Source of the DNA: Felis catus
Taxonomy: Eukaryota
Assembly (NCBI RefSeq): GCF_018350175.1
Contig: NC_058368.1
Coordinates: 198,526,001 to 198,590,000, forward strand
Direction of reading: 5' to 3'
DNA: 64,000 nt
Shown here: one piece after another, positions 37,374 through 49,826 of the stretch
Layout of the letters: each line of letters starts with the position of its first letter
Numbering within the stretch: position 1 is the stretch's first letter
Translations under genes and position numbers: made by a program
The notes under the pieces: model-generated
Databases searched by the model: none
Told to the model about the DNA's origin: nothing
What the model saw: only the letters and a program-made list of their open reading frames with translations

Positions 37374-40007
37374 CATATTAATTATGTATTGTTGCATTTT
37401 TTTTAATGTTTATTTATTTTTGAGACACAGAGAGACAGAGCATGAATGGGCGAGGGTCAGAGAGAGAGGGAGACACAGAATCTGAAACAGGCTCCAGGCT
37501 CTGAGCTGTCAGCACAGAGCCCGACACGGGGCTCGAACTCACGGACCATGAGATCATGACCTGAGCTGAAGTCGGACGCTTAACCGACTGAGCCACCCAG
37601 GCTCCCCTATTGTTGCGTTTTTAATTGCCCCCAAATGTAAGAACTTCACGTTTATTATCTTACACAGCTTCTAGGGTCAAGAATCCAGGAGTGGCTTAGT
37701 TGGATAGTTCTGAGTCATGAGATTATAGGCAAGCTGGCAGCGAGGGCTAAAGACTTCTGAAGGCTTGACTGGGGCTGGAGAATCTGCTTCCAGCCTTATT
37801 CATGTGGTTGTTGACAGGCCTCGGTTCCTCATCGCTTGGAATGTTAATCACATGGGCTAATGTTCACTACACAGTGGCTGGCTTCCATCAGAATAATTAG
37901 GAGAGAGGGACAAAGAGACGCTGCGGTGTCTTTTATATCCTAATCTTGGAAGTAGAGGTATATTGCAGGTGAATCCGGGCACAGTGCGGAAGGAGACTCT
38001 GCAAAGATGTGGATACCAGGAGGAGACTGCCTGGGAGACTGGCTATCACAGTCTGCCTTCTGGGCCCCAGTGATTCATGTCCCCCCACCACTTATGAAGT
38101 ACACTCAACCCATCCCAAGGCTTCTAAAATTCTCATCCCGCTACAGCATCAACTCAAAATCCAGAATCATGTCATCTAAGTCAGGTCCAGATTCACACAA
38201 GGCTCCTCGGGTATAGTTCCTTGAGTGCGGGTCCTCTCTACTCTAAAAACCTGTGAACTAAAAAGATACCTTTGCTGCCCTCCACACAGCCCTCCACAGA
38301 AGTGAAACAGGCACAGTGTAAACAGCGCAGGCATCCCTATTCCAAAAGGGAGGAGATTGGAAGCACACAGGAGTCCTCATAGCAGCTCTGAAAATCCAGC
38401 CAGGTGTATGTTGGAAATTCTTGAGGACTCAGCACTCTTCCTACCCAAGAGTTGTTCTCCAGGGCTCTTGGCTACACCTCCTGAGCCATCCTTTATTTTC
38501 ATGAAAAGTAATACCTGTAAACAGGTGAAGAATTTTCCAAATCTGCAGAATGTGTGTGGTGGAGATTGGGAGCAGGGAGGTATGAAGGCTTCTTTCATTT
38601 TATACTTTTTCTGTCCCTTTCAGTTCTAATAGGTAATGTTTCTGCTGATATAATTCTTTTAAAAAATCTTGTGAGTCTCTTATAAATTTCATCAGATCCA
38701 TTCTATTAGACAAAAGTCACACCCACAAATCTCTTTAAGGTAACCCCTTCTCTGTCTAGTGATTCTGCTGAGGAGCAGTGCAATGAAGCTTCCCAGAAGC
38801 CCTATCGTTTGCTTGAGAGGATCTGTGAGCTACACCCTTAAAATTTTTGGAGGACCTTTTATGTGACTAAATTGGCACTCAGAGGCACCACTTTTGATCT
38901 TTCTGAGATCATAGCAAAGGGTTTTATAGTCACACCCTTAGCTTCACCTTTAGACCATGTTCCCCTGATGGTGCCCTAGGTTTAACCTTTGCTCTAAAGA
39001 CATTTCTTAATTTCAGCATTGTTTTGCCATCGGCAGGGGTTGACATCTTTATAACTAATAAGTCCTGGCTCTTTTAGCTTACCATTTCCTCCTTAAGCAT
39101 ATCACTCTCTTCTTGTGTGTTGTTAGAAAGAGCTAGAAGAAACCAGTGCCACCCTCCACACTCTGGCTGGAAATCTCCTTAGTTAGATCACCCAGTTCTT
39201 CAGGTACATTTTCCATCTTCCACGTTACTGAAGATGACAGTGTTGCTAAACTTTCTGCCCCTATGTTAAGAAGGGTTCTCTGTCCTCCTTTTTCAATAAG
39301 ATTTTTCTTACTTTCTTTTAAACCCCAACCAGCAGCCTGCTCAAAGTCCAAAACTCAACTAACAGTCTGTTCAAAGCTATTTAGGTTTTCACTAAGGCAC
39401 TATTTAAAATCCTTCCGGCCACCATCCACTGCCCAGTTCCCAAACCACTCTTCAATGTTAGCTATTTGTGGTAGTGCCCCACTTCCAGGTACTACAATCT
39501 ATACTAGTTATCCATTACCATGTAACAAATTAGTCCCCGAATTTAGCAGCTTAAAGCAACAAATATGCATCATCTCATAATTTCTGAGGACCAGAATCCA
39601 GAAGCAGCCTGAGTTATTGTAGCTCAATTCTTTTCTCTCACAATGTTGTGGTCAAAGTGTCAGCCAGGGTGGCAGTCTCCTTGAAGACTTGGTTGGAGCT
39701 GAAGTTTCCACTTACACTCTCTCTCACATGGTTTGTCATGTAGGCTTCTCAACAGCACTGCTTGTTACATGGCAACTGGTGACCCCCAGAGTAAATGATC
39801 TATGAGAGAGAAAGAGAGATGAGAAAGAGAGAGAAAAAAAAGAGAGACGGAAGTCACAGAATCTCTTATAATCTAATCATGGAAGCAAAATACCATCACT
39901 TCTGTCATATTATATTGGTCACACAGACCAACTCTGGAACTGTGTGGTAAGGTGAGAATACTTGAAGTTGGGATCACTGAGGAGGATTTTGGAGGCTAAC
40001 TATCACA
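37374..40007 (-). mobile_element. Full-length MaLR element (MLT1G/H-like LTR-int-LTR)
   Basis: 5' LTR 39499-40007 and 3' LTR 37374-38050 both start tgtgatag on the minus strand; PBS-like gattgtagtacctggaagtgggg follows the 5' LTR; internal peptide AESLATLSSSVTWKMENVPEELGDLTKEISSQSVEG; TSD aggta / gggta. Confidence 0.85.
37397..37607 (-). mobile_element. CAN-SINE inserted in the MLT1 3' LTR
   Basis: TSD tattgttgcatttt / tattgttgcgtttt. Confidence 0.96.
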
Positions 40008-40659
40008 GGGTATAATTTGAAAAACACACTCCTTTATTTACCCTTCCCAGAACTAATTGAAAAGTTCTGAATTCTTGCTATGCAAGAATTAAGCAGAGTT
40101 CAAAATATGAACTTTATTAGTGATAGAAGCTAAGTCAGAGGAAGTGGCTTAACTATATGGCCACAATGAGGTTTGATACTTGACCTCAGAATTAGACCAA
40201 CCCGCCCAATCACAGAAAGAACGGGACATCTCACCCTCCCCAGATCAGCTTACCACATAAACAGCAAAACAAAAGTGCAGGGAGAAGCACTCTTAATCCA
40301 AGAGAGGTGTGGGAAAAGGACAACCAAGCTTCCTCTAACTGTAGTTCTTCCACACAGACAAGAACAGGAAATGGGGTACCCACCATGGATTTCTCTGGGG
40401 GCTCAGGGAATACTCTCAGGTGTCCCTTATGCAACACATCTCCCCAAATCTGTGCTGCCTCTTATTCATCTTTACAGGAGGGTCTAACACAATTGCTCTC
40501 AAACTCGAGCATGCAGATTCTCCCACCCCTGGAGAATTTGCTTTTCTCTTTACAAGTTCCTAGATAGTGCTGCATCAGTGAAAACACACTTTGAGAATCA
40601 TTGACCTAACACTGGCCAAGTACCTAAGACGTACAGGTGCTTTATATGTATCTCATTTA

Positions 40660-40756
40660 AAAAAAATTTTTTTAAGTAAAGTCTACCCCCAACTTGGGGC
40701 TCAAACTCATGACTCCAAGATTAAGAATCACCTGCTCTTCTGACTGAGCCCACCCC
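40660..40756 (-). mobile_element. Short CAN-SINE (tRNA-head-only type)
   Basis: ttggggctcaaactcatgactccaagattaagaatc; flanked by tatgtatctcattt copies. Confidence 0.88.
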
Positions 40757-40770
40757 TATGTATCTCATTT

Positions 40771-40962
40771 TTTTTTTAATGTTTATTTATTTTTGAGAGA
40801 GAAAGAGACAGAATGTGAGTGGGTTAGGGGCAGAGAGACAGGGAGACACAGAATCCAAAGCAGGCTCCAGGCTCCAAGCTGTCAGCACAGAGCCTGACAC
40901 AAGGCTCAAACTCATGAGCTGTGGGATCATGACCTGAGCTGAAGTCGGACGCTGGGCGCCCC
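40771..40962 (-). mobile_element. CAN-SINE with A-box region deletion
   Basis: gtcggacgc joined directly to tgggcgcccc; TSD tgtatctcatttt. Confidence 0.95.
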
Positions 40963-41484
40963 TGTATCTCATTTTTCATTCACAGTTTTATTAGTCATCA
41001 GGACAGTGTAAGGTCGATTTCATTAACCTTTTCCCTGCGTTAGACAAAGAGACGAAGGTTCAGAAGTGACATTGTTTGGCCAACCTTACATCCTGCTAGT
41101 CACCCAAAAACCAATGTTGAAACCCAGATCTGAGTCCAAAGCCTGCGGTCTTTCCTCTACACAAGATTGCAATCAGTTACTAAGGACTGAATATTGGTAG
41201 GACCCAGGGTGTAGCCTGAAACTAAACAGCAATTTCCTGGAATTGCTTTCCACTCACTCCACACTCATCTTCTTGAACTGTGGTCTCAAGCATGATTTTC
41301 TCCATTTTTTAATTGCACACTAGGTACCATATTCAACTTGGCCTCATGTCCGTGTACATGCATCTTAGAAACAGATTAATATATTTACCCTTAAGGAGAA
41401 AGAGTAAGACTGTCAAATTGTAATGTACTAGCATTCTAAGCATTCCATTTAATGAGTTAGAAAATATTCATCTCAACAACTATG

Positions 41485-41912
41485 TGGCTGTTGGCCCTCC
41501 AGGTCCATCCCTCACCCTCTCGCTGTCCAGGAAGTGGACCTTCATGAACTACAAGAGGCTCCCTGGCCCTTGGGCTTCCCACTGGGTTCATTCTCCCCCC
41601 ACAGCAAGCAGAGGAGGAAGGCAATTTCCCCACCTCCCTTCCAGTAGGGTCACCTGGACTGACTGCATTCTTTCACAGAAAGTGCTGGTCCTCCCAAGCA
41701 GCTGCTCTGTGGAAATTTTTCCCTCCAGCTTTTAGGAATTCTTCCCTCCTTTGTCCTTTCAAGGCCTAAGGGCAGTAACAGCCCTCAGAGTCCTGCACTA
41801 TCCATTTGGTTTCCTTCTCCCTGTGCACACATTTGTAAACAATCCCTTAGTCCTACCTCCTTGAATTATCCCAACACGAGCATACCACTTCCTGCTGGGA
41901 CCACGAGTACAC
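41485..41912 (+). mobile_element. LTR33-like solo LTR
   Basis: ggctccctggcccttgggcttcccactgggttca...ggcctaagggcagtaacag...tttgtaaacaatccc...ttcctgctgggacc. Confidence 0.7.
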
Positions 41913-42378
41913 ACGTGTTCAGGCACAGTTTACAGGTTTGCTTTCCCAGAGCTGGCCCAGGTGACTTTGCCTGAGGCTCCTATCATCCTCCTAAAAACCA
42001 GTAACCTTTTGGAATTCTTGCTGCTGTCCAGATGGTCAGGCTCACACCTCTACTTTGGTTTAAAGGTGCAAAACACCACCTTCTGGCCCTCATATGTCCT
42101 GCTCTGTGGGCATACCAAATGGCAAGAGGCAACTTGGAAGGATCTGCTGGCAAAATTCCTATCACCAAAACTGCTGCTACATTTCAGAACTCCAGTTTTC
42201 TCCCTTAGATGAGGCACTTATTCCAACCAAATGTAAATTATCCCTGGAAGAAAGACAGAGGTAAAGTTGGCAAAGACATTTGTGTTGAGTTTCAGATGTT
42301 TTCTATTTTGGCAGGTAGTTGCAAGCCTGCTTTGAGTAAGGGATGGATGAAATTCATCTAGATCATGGATGCTAGAAT

Positions 42379-43186
42379 AATGGTTCCCAAAGTGTGTGGG
42401 GAGGAAAGTGTATATTATCTCCTGGAAGGCATTTTGGAAATTGAGGGGAGTCTTTGATTATGGGCCATCGTCCACGGATGCTAGCTTGCCTGTAGTGAAA
42501 GGGGTGATCTCACACAACAGAGAATAAACCTGCAGGAACTTTAATGTGCCAAGAACATTCACCTTGCTTAAAAACCTGTTTATAATTATCTAGGCAAAGG
42601 ACTTAGGTTTTCTTTTACATGAAAGAAAAAGAGAGGGAGGGAGAGAGGGAGGGAGGGAGGGGAGGAAGGAAGGAAGGAAGGAAGGAAGGAAGGAAGGAAG
42701 GAAGGAAGGAAGGAAGGAAGGAAGGGAATTTGTGTATGTTTTAATATGGATAAAATTTCCAAGAATGCAACTACCACATAAATCAAGGAACTGGTATGCA
42801 TTGTTTTGTTTGGATTTCACTAAGTTGGTCATAATTAGAAAAAAATACCATAACTTACCAATCAGCATTCATATCTGTAGCATTCGAGGTGATTCTACAA
42901 AAATATTCTTACAGATGATTTCATTACGTCTTCTAGTGCAATTTAACCCTACTGCAATACTGACATTTATGGAGAAAATCTCCCTACATGCAATTATTAA
43001 AAAATCAAAAATCTCCCTACATGCAATTATAAAAATCAATACAGTGTGATATACTAGTGGAAATATAAAAGATAGATACAAAGAAAGTAGTTATATTGCA
43101 GATGTTTCTTTTAGGGATAGTCAAATTTTATAGCAAAGTACTTACTATAGAAATAGATGTTGGGTCTGACAGATTTGAGACCCACA
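42379..43186 (+). mobile_element. MER20B-like hAT-Charlie DNA transposon
   Basis: aaaacctgtttataattatct, ttccaagaatgcaactacc, ggtgattctac and gttgggtctgacagatttgagacccacag match the recalled MER20B consensus. Confidence 0.75.
42628..42727. repeat. (GGGA)n/(GGAA)n polypurine repeat
   Basis: Directly visible; about 100 bp of pure purine. Confidence 0.97.
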
Positions 43187-43695
43187 GATCTGGACAGAAC
43201 TAGAGCAAGGTCTTCTGATGACTGAGGGTCCTGCTGTGGAGGATGTACACTGAAGGAAACCCCTCTTGGGAGTAAATTGCCCTCAAAGGAGCTAGGTGGA
43301 GTAAACTAGAAGGATCACACTGGGCCTTATGCCTTATTGATAATGCTCTTTTTAACCTCTTTCATCTCCCTCTGTTGCCTAGCATGTAGTCGATACTCAG
43401 TGAATGTCAAAAAGAGTCACTCAACAAAAATCTCCTTCGATAAATTAAGGATTCTACCATTTATTTCTGAAACACTGATCAAACAAGCAATGATGATTTG
43501 TAAGTTCCGTGCAAAAAGATCCTGTAATATTTTTAATCACATTTTCTAATTTTGATGTTTATCACTTTCTGAATAACTTCAAATCTAAATTTGTAGGGTG
43601 AGTAGCCTAGTGGCAGGGTTATCTGACCAAACTGGGGGACTCAAGGGCCCAAAAAAATCAGAAGCTGTCTTATTTATTATGCACATTGTATTTCA

Positions 43696-43823
43696 GGGGC
43701 GCCTGGGTAGCTCAGTCGGTTAAGGATATGCCTTTGGCTCAGGTCATGATCTCATGGTTCGGGGATTCAAGCTCCACATTGGGCTCTGTACTAACAGCTC
43801 AGAGCCTGGAGCCTGCCTCAGAT

Positions 43824-43870
<47 letters not shown>

Positions 43871-43935
43871 GTCTGCCCCTCCCCTGCTTGTGCTCTCTCT
43901 CTCTCTCTTAAAAATAAACATTAAAAAAAGAGAAA
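43696..43935 (+). mobile_element. CAN-SINE with expanded (CT)n
   Basis: TSD-like atgcacattgtattt / atgtacattatattt. Confidence 0.95.
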
Positions 43936-44624
43936 ATGCTGAATGTACATTATATTTTACTTCTTAACAAGTCAGGAAACATCTTGGGCAGTTTGTTTTT
44001 ATGTCCTATGTCAGATGGTAGAGATCAATCATCTAAAGGCAGAGCCTCCTTTATTAAGAAAGAAAACTCAATGAACACTGTATCCTAGGCCCCACTCCCT
44101 TTGCCCGTCATACTTCTATTCATTCATGCTCTAAGTTTCAACACCTTTCCTTACACCCCAAGTCTGGCATAGGCACCCTTCATCAGCTTCCATAGCATCT
44201 ACCACACTGTCCCAGGGATCACAACAAGGGCAACTGCTGATCACTTATTTGCTTTTTCCACTAGACTGCAAGTTCTGTGTGGGCAGTGATCGAAGCTTAT
44301 CCACTATTGTCCCTCACACCCCACACATAGTAGGTCATCAGTGCTTAGCCAGTCATCCAACAAGGTAATTAAGTACTTAACAAACTGCCAAATGTCAGTG
44401 TTGGCTTCTATACCAGGGCACTAGGCAGCCAAGAACAGGATGAACCTTCAAGCCTCATTCCCATTGACCACCGACTGATGCAGCGTCTGTGCTTTCTACA
44501 CCTGCTCCTCCAGGCCCTAAGGCTCTTCTGTGTTGTCTTTCAACTTCACTTCCAATTAAGTTGTAACTAGGAGGTGTGGAAAGCTCCATTGTTAGTCATT
44601 TGTTTGTTCAGTTCAGCATGCTCC

Positions 44625-44742
44625 GCCGCTTCAGAGTTTCTAATCCAGGAGGTCTAGATGGGGAGCAAGAATTGGCATTGCTAACATGTCCCTAGGTGCT
44701 GCTGGTGCTGAGATCTGGAGACCATCCTTTGAGGATCACTGG
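44625..44742. mobile_element. MER5A-like fragment
   Basis: cagagtttctaatccaggaggtctag...tgctgctggt...ccatcctttgaggatcactg. Confidence 0.7.
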
Positions 44743-45175
44743 CTGAACAAAAAGTTTCAGCCACTGTTCTCCTAGCAACAGATCTCAAACATGTCTCCAG
44801 TTTTGAATTTTAAAAAAGTGTCTTTAGTTGTAAAAGAGTTATATAGACATCAGGAAGTAGGTAGAGAGAATATGGGGTACCAACAGGCTCCTGAATATAT
44901 TCCAGACTCCTTAAGATAAACCTGGTTCTGACCTTTGGGGTAAGCCTGAAAGGAGGAAAAAGAGAATTTGGAGACCACTTCCCTTGAAGCAGCCACGCTG
45001 AGACCTGGCGAGGCAGAGCACGGTGTTCCAGTAAAACTTTCTAGGATCTGAGGCCTCCGTCATCTCTCTGTAAGTCTGCCCACACAACCACGCCGACCTC
45101 TTAACTGCTTGAATGGAATGAGGACCTCACAATTCTAACAGCCTTAGCTGAATCTGAAAGTATTCTAAAGTATCT

Positions 45176-45512
45176 GTATCTTAATCTGTTTGAGCTGTTC
45201 TAACACAGTACCATAGGCTGGGTGGCTTATAAACAACAGAAATGTATTTCTCCCAGCACTGAGTCCAAGATCAAGGTGTCAGCAGGTTTGGGATCTGGTG
45301 AGCCAGCTTCCTGGTTCATAGATGGCCATCTTTTCTCTGTAACTTCACATGACAGAAGAGATAAGGGAGCTCTCTGGAACTTCTTTCATAAAGGCACTAA
45401 TCCCATTCATGAGGGCAGAGCCCTCCCAAGGATCCCAATTCCTGATACCATCATACTGGGCCTTAGGATTTAATATATGAAATTGGTGGGGTGGGACACA
45501 CAGCAGTCTATG
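45176..45512 (-). mobile_element. MaLR solo LTR (MLT1A-like)
   Basis: taccataggctgggtggcttataaacaacagaaatgtatttctc...ggcactaatcccattcatgagggc. Confidence 0.88.
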
Positions 45513-45729
45513 GAAATCTATTTTCCAAAACATTTATTTTTATTTATTATTTTTATTATTTATTACTTAGTTTATACTAAGCATGTAATTGTTAGCATTT
45601 ATTACCTATTACCTAGTATGAACAATGTTTCTGACAAGATGTGGAGTTGAAATGTAATTTTTTTTTTGAGCTGTCTTGCAATATGTATACTTTTTCTTAA
45701 ATAAGTGAGCTCTTTAAAATTACTGATCA

Positions 45730-45953
45730 GGGGCACCTAGGTGGCTCAGCCAGTGGAGCATCTGACTTCGGCTCAGGTCATGATCTCCCAGCTTGTGGGT
45801 TTGAGCCCTGTGTCGGGCTCTGCGTGGACAGCTCAGAGCCTGGAGCCTGCTTAAGATTGATTCTGTCTCCCTCTCTCTCTGCCCCTTCCCCACTCGCACT
45901 CTGTCTCTCTTTCTCTCTCTCTCTCTCAAAAAATAAACATCAAAAAAAAAAAA
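45730..45953 (+). mobile_element. CAN-SINE
   Basis: TSD-like aaatttactgatcag / aaattcctgatcag. Confidence 0.95.
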
Positions 45954-46051
45954 TTCCTGATCAGATAAGTCTTTAACTCTTGCCCTATTTACCTAAGCAG
46001 CTGCCTTTCCCCTCCCACCGCCCCCCCCCCCACCATGTGTCATTTTCCTTT

Positions 46052-46615
46052 TGTAGAAAAGGAAAATCTTTTTTCCTCTCCCCTCTTAGGTTCAATAACT
46101 GAGGCCCTACAAATGAAAAAAAAAGACAGATTGACAGAAGAAAAGTCATATAAGTTTTATTTGATGTCAATACTTTTATGTGGCATGGGGGTGGGGGGCT
46201 ACATAGAAAGGAAGTCAAATCCCAAGAAACAATCAGACGTGAGAACTTATATAACAGAGAGGAATACATTGTGGAGATGTAACAAGAGAAAGGAAAAGGG
46301 GTTTGGATTTCTAGGAGCAGTAAATTTGGGGAAGGTGTATATATGGGAGAAAACAACAGACGATAAGGATTATGTCAGCAAGGTTTGTATATGCAGATTC
46401 AAGTTGGCGATGTCTCCAGTAGCAAGAATCACCTTCTCTTCCTGGGACAGGAAAGAGGAAGGGGGCAGCTTCACAAAAGGGAATTTATGCCCTACTTTAT
46501 ACAGAAATGAGAAGGTAGCTTTTCCTGTGTCTGCTGTTTCTCAGTTACTTACAACTCAAAATAATCCTTATGGCGAAGTGGCATATTTTGGGGTGGCATA
46601 TTCTAATCCCATTCA
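46052..46615 (-). mobile_element. MER34-family ERV1 solo LTR
   Basis: Minus strand begins tgaatgggattagaatatgccaccccaaaatatgccac...cataaggattattttgag and ends TACA; 4-bp TSD cttt (46048-46051, 46616-46619), as expected for class I ERVs. Confidence 0.88.
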
Positions 46616-47199
46616 CTTTCTAGACTGCAAGCTCCCTTAAAAAATCTAAGTATACAATAGAGTACTATTTTTGAAATAGCAAATAATGCTTCCCACTCCA
46701 TCTCTGCCTATGCAGTCAAGGTCAGGGCAGACATTCTCATGGAAGGATTTCTGCTCCCAGAGTTTGTCTGGGGAAGAGCCTAGAGAGCGATGGGGGAGGG
46801 GCACATTTTGCAACAGTCAGTGACAGAAGGCCAATCAGGGCAGTGAAGCCAGACAAGGACTCCAGAATAGATTATACCCCAAACCAAACATCTTCCTCTT
46901 TTTCACAAATGATAAGACCCCAAATAGTAGCCTGAAATAGAAAAGATGTTGATCTTTATTAAAGTTAAGAGTTATTTCTTACATTCCTGAGTTTGGAATC
47001 CATCTACACACCCATCACACATACAAACTTTATAACCATCAGTTACATTGTTGGATAGCAGAGAGTTCCTTAAGTTGCAACCTGGTTGTTGTTTTTTCCT
47101 TATCACAAAAATCTTATCATTAAGTATTCTTTGGGAGATCATCAACCTACTGCCCTTTATTTCTAGATGAAGAATTTTGGGGATCCTAACTGTGTATAA

Positions 47200-48740
47200 T
47201 GAACATCTGCAAATCCACCATTCTGCTTGAAAAATAAAAACATTTAAAAAACATATTTAAAACCCTATGTGTTTTTCTCCTGGATCTCCTCCTACTTCCA
47301 TAAAGTAAATGAAGCCATGCATGTTTTTTATAACTATTTGCATATGTAGGCCAACTAACCACATATATGTAGATATTTTATGTAAAAATAATAAATTATT
47401 CTGTTTGTTTTAAGCTTTCTATATTGAACATCCTTCAATATTGGCATATTGAATATCCTTCTGCAAGTAGTTTTTACTCAGTATTATTTGACGCATTTCC
47501 ATATTGACAACCACAATTCTAAGTAAGTCATTTACAGAACTGTACCACAACTTATCATTTTTCTGATTGGTAGCAATTTTGTTTAATTATTTGCTTTTAT
47601 AAAAACTACTGAATGGATATTTCTTTAATGTCTCCTTTCACACATGTGCAAACATTTCTCTGGGATACACGCTCCAGGGCTAGAGGATGTGTACCCCCTT
47701 CTCTTTTCTAGGTGTTGTCAAGTTCCTTTCTAAAGCAGTTAAGCCCATTTGACCCTCATAACAGTGTTTGAGGATTCCCTGTTCCACTTCCTTATCAGCC
47801 CCTGATATTGTCAGTCTTTATACATTTTGCCAATTTGATGGGTATGAAATGATATATTACTTTAACATTGGATGTACCTTGCGGTATCTGACTGGCTCAG
47901 TCAGTAGAGCATGTGACTCCTAGCCTCGGGGTCATGAGTTCAAGCCCCACATCGGATGTGGAGGCTACTTACAATAAAATTTAGAAATAAAAATAAAAAT
48001 AAAATAAAATTGGATTTACCTAATTAGTAGAGAGGCACGTTTATTGGAAAATAGGATGCCTTTTTCCGTGAATCGTTTGTTGGGATTATTTGCCCATTTT
48101 TCTTTTGGTCTTCTTGCCTTGTAACAACCTTCAATTTTGTCAACTGTGTGTTCCAAATATATCGTCCCAGTCCAGACTTTTTTCTTTCTATTTTGTTTTC
48201 TGCTATCTTAATATATAGAAGTTATAAATTTTGTGCAAATTTCAGTGTTTCCACTGGCATTTTTGTCTTATCTTTATGATGGAAGGAGTGGAGACTAATT
48301 TACATCTTACAGTTTTCCTAAAAGTTTCACTATTCACATAGATCTTTAATCTTCTTGGAACCGACTAGTTTATTGGTGTGAGATATGGATCTAGTTTTAT
48401 TTTATTTTTATGTATACATTGCGTTTTCCCAGTGAGATTTATTCAACAGTCTTGTCCTCAGTGTTCTGCAGTTCCATGTCTGTCGTACCAAATGTGTGGA
48501 GATACTTGGAGTCTGGTACCAGGCTCTGTTCTGTTCCATTGTCCATTGTCTGTTCTCTTATTTTAAAATGATGGCAAATAAAGCAATCTAGTAAAGTGAT
48601 CCTCCCTCCCTGCTTTCTGGGTGATCTCTAAAATTTGGCTAGATGTAGTACATTACTCTTTAATGAAAATATAATACCAATTAGTCAAAGCCTTCCAAAA
48701 AAAAAAATCCCAGTTATGAGTCAAACTGTATTTTAAAACT
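47200..48740 (-). mobile_element. Ancient L1 fragments
   Basis: ttttgccaatttgatgggtatgaaatg...tttgcccatttttc...ggtgtgagatatggatctagtttt...ctgttctgttccattg antisense L1 motifs. Confidence 0.75.
47881..48005 (+). mobile_element. Short CAN-SINE
   Basis: tggctcagtcagtagagcatgtgactc...gagttcaagcccc; TSD-like attggatgtacct / attggatttacct. Confidence 0.9.
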
Positions 48741-49397
48741 GAAGAGTTTTTTTAAAAACTAAATACTCATACCTATTTCACTAACTTTTGAGGCATTTAT
48801 TAGCTAGAAGAATTGTACGTTTGTTTGAGGCCCTAAAATTCCTGGGAACAAATGTCCTGACACTTTCTGGAACCATGTCTATGGTAGCTTTAGAGAGAAT
48901 GTCTTGGCCAAAAACCTTGTTTTTCTAATCCCAGGGAAGATACAAACTCAGCAGTTGTTGTATCGTGCTCCAAGTGATTTGCCCAAGGACCTCCCACTGA
49001 GATCTCCATGAACTTGCAGCTTGGATAACTCAGTGAGGTCACCCCCTGCAGGTTCACAGGCAGATGGCCAAACCTTGACACAAGGCTGCAGTCAGATCCC
49101 CAAACAAGTACATACACATAGCCTCCCATCTATAGCTTGAACCCATGGTCTGTATCAATTAAGAAAAACTCCAAAGAGGAGTACATCAGGTCAGCCTGGC
49201 TTAATGTTTTCAAATAATTAAGTTTCAGATAAGTTTTAGGACAAACAGCTATTGCAAAAAGCTTATATCCATATGTAATTTCCAACCAAAACACTAAAGT
49301 AACAAGTGCTCTATTTGCCTTATAGAATTCTGGAGTCAGTGTAATTTGCAGCTAAATCTAGAACTGGAAAGGAACTTAAAGAAAATGTACTTCCATG

Positions 49398-49560
49398 CTG
49401 GTTCCCAATCTTGATTATACTTTAGAATTACCAGAGTGGCTTTTAAAAATCTCAATGTCCAGGTTTCGCACTAAGTAGCACTGGGAAGGGAGACCAAACA
49501 TCAATATTTTTTAAAGCTGTTTGAGTGATTTCATTCTACAGCCAATGGTGAGAACCACTG
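49398..49560. mobile_element. MER5-like fragment
   Basis: ggttcccaatctt...ttagaattacc...tgagaaccactg termini. Confidence 0.6.
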
Positions 49561-49629
49561 GCTTAGTTCAAACCTTTAGCACATTAATAAAATTAAATTT
49601 GGAGTGGTTAAATCCATGTTCTAAACTTA

Positions 49630-49826
49630 CATTGTCCAATTGGTAGGCTTGGCTACCTTTAAATTTAAACTTATTAGCATTAAATAAAATTAAAAATTGA
49701 GTTCCTTGATTGCACTAGTCACTTTTCAAGGACTCAATACCCACATATGGCTAGTAGCTACCATATTGGGCAGCATGGAAAACAGAAATTCCCACCATCA
49801 CAGGGAGTTCTTTTGGTCATTGCGGT
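49630..49826. mobile_element. MER33/MER3-like hAT-Charlie element
   Basis: gcactagtcacttttcaag...ccacatatggctagtagctaccatattggg...ccatcacagggagttct. Confidence 0.75.

Noticed and set aside
40645..40974. Short direct repeats with spacers, superficially CRISPR-like
   Set aside because: They are TSDs around SINEs in mammalian DNA; there are no cas genes or regular spacing.
46035..46640. 201-aa ORF, the longest non-L1 ORF
   Set aside because: Lies antisense across a MER34-family LTR and shows no protein motif.
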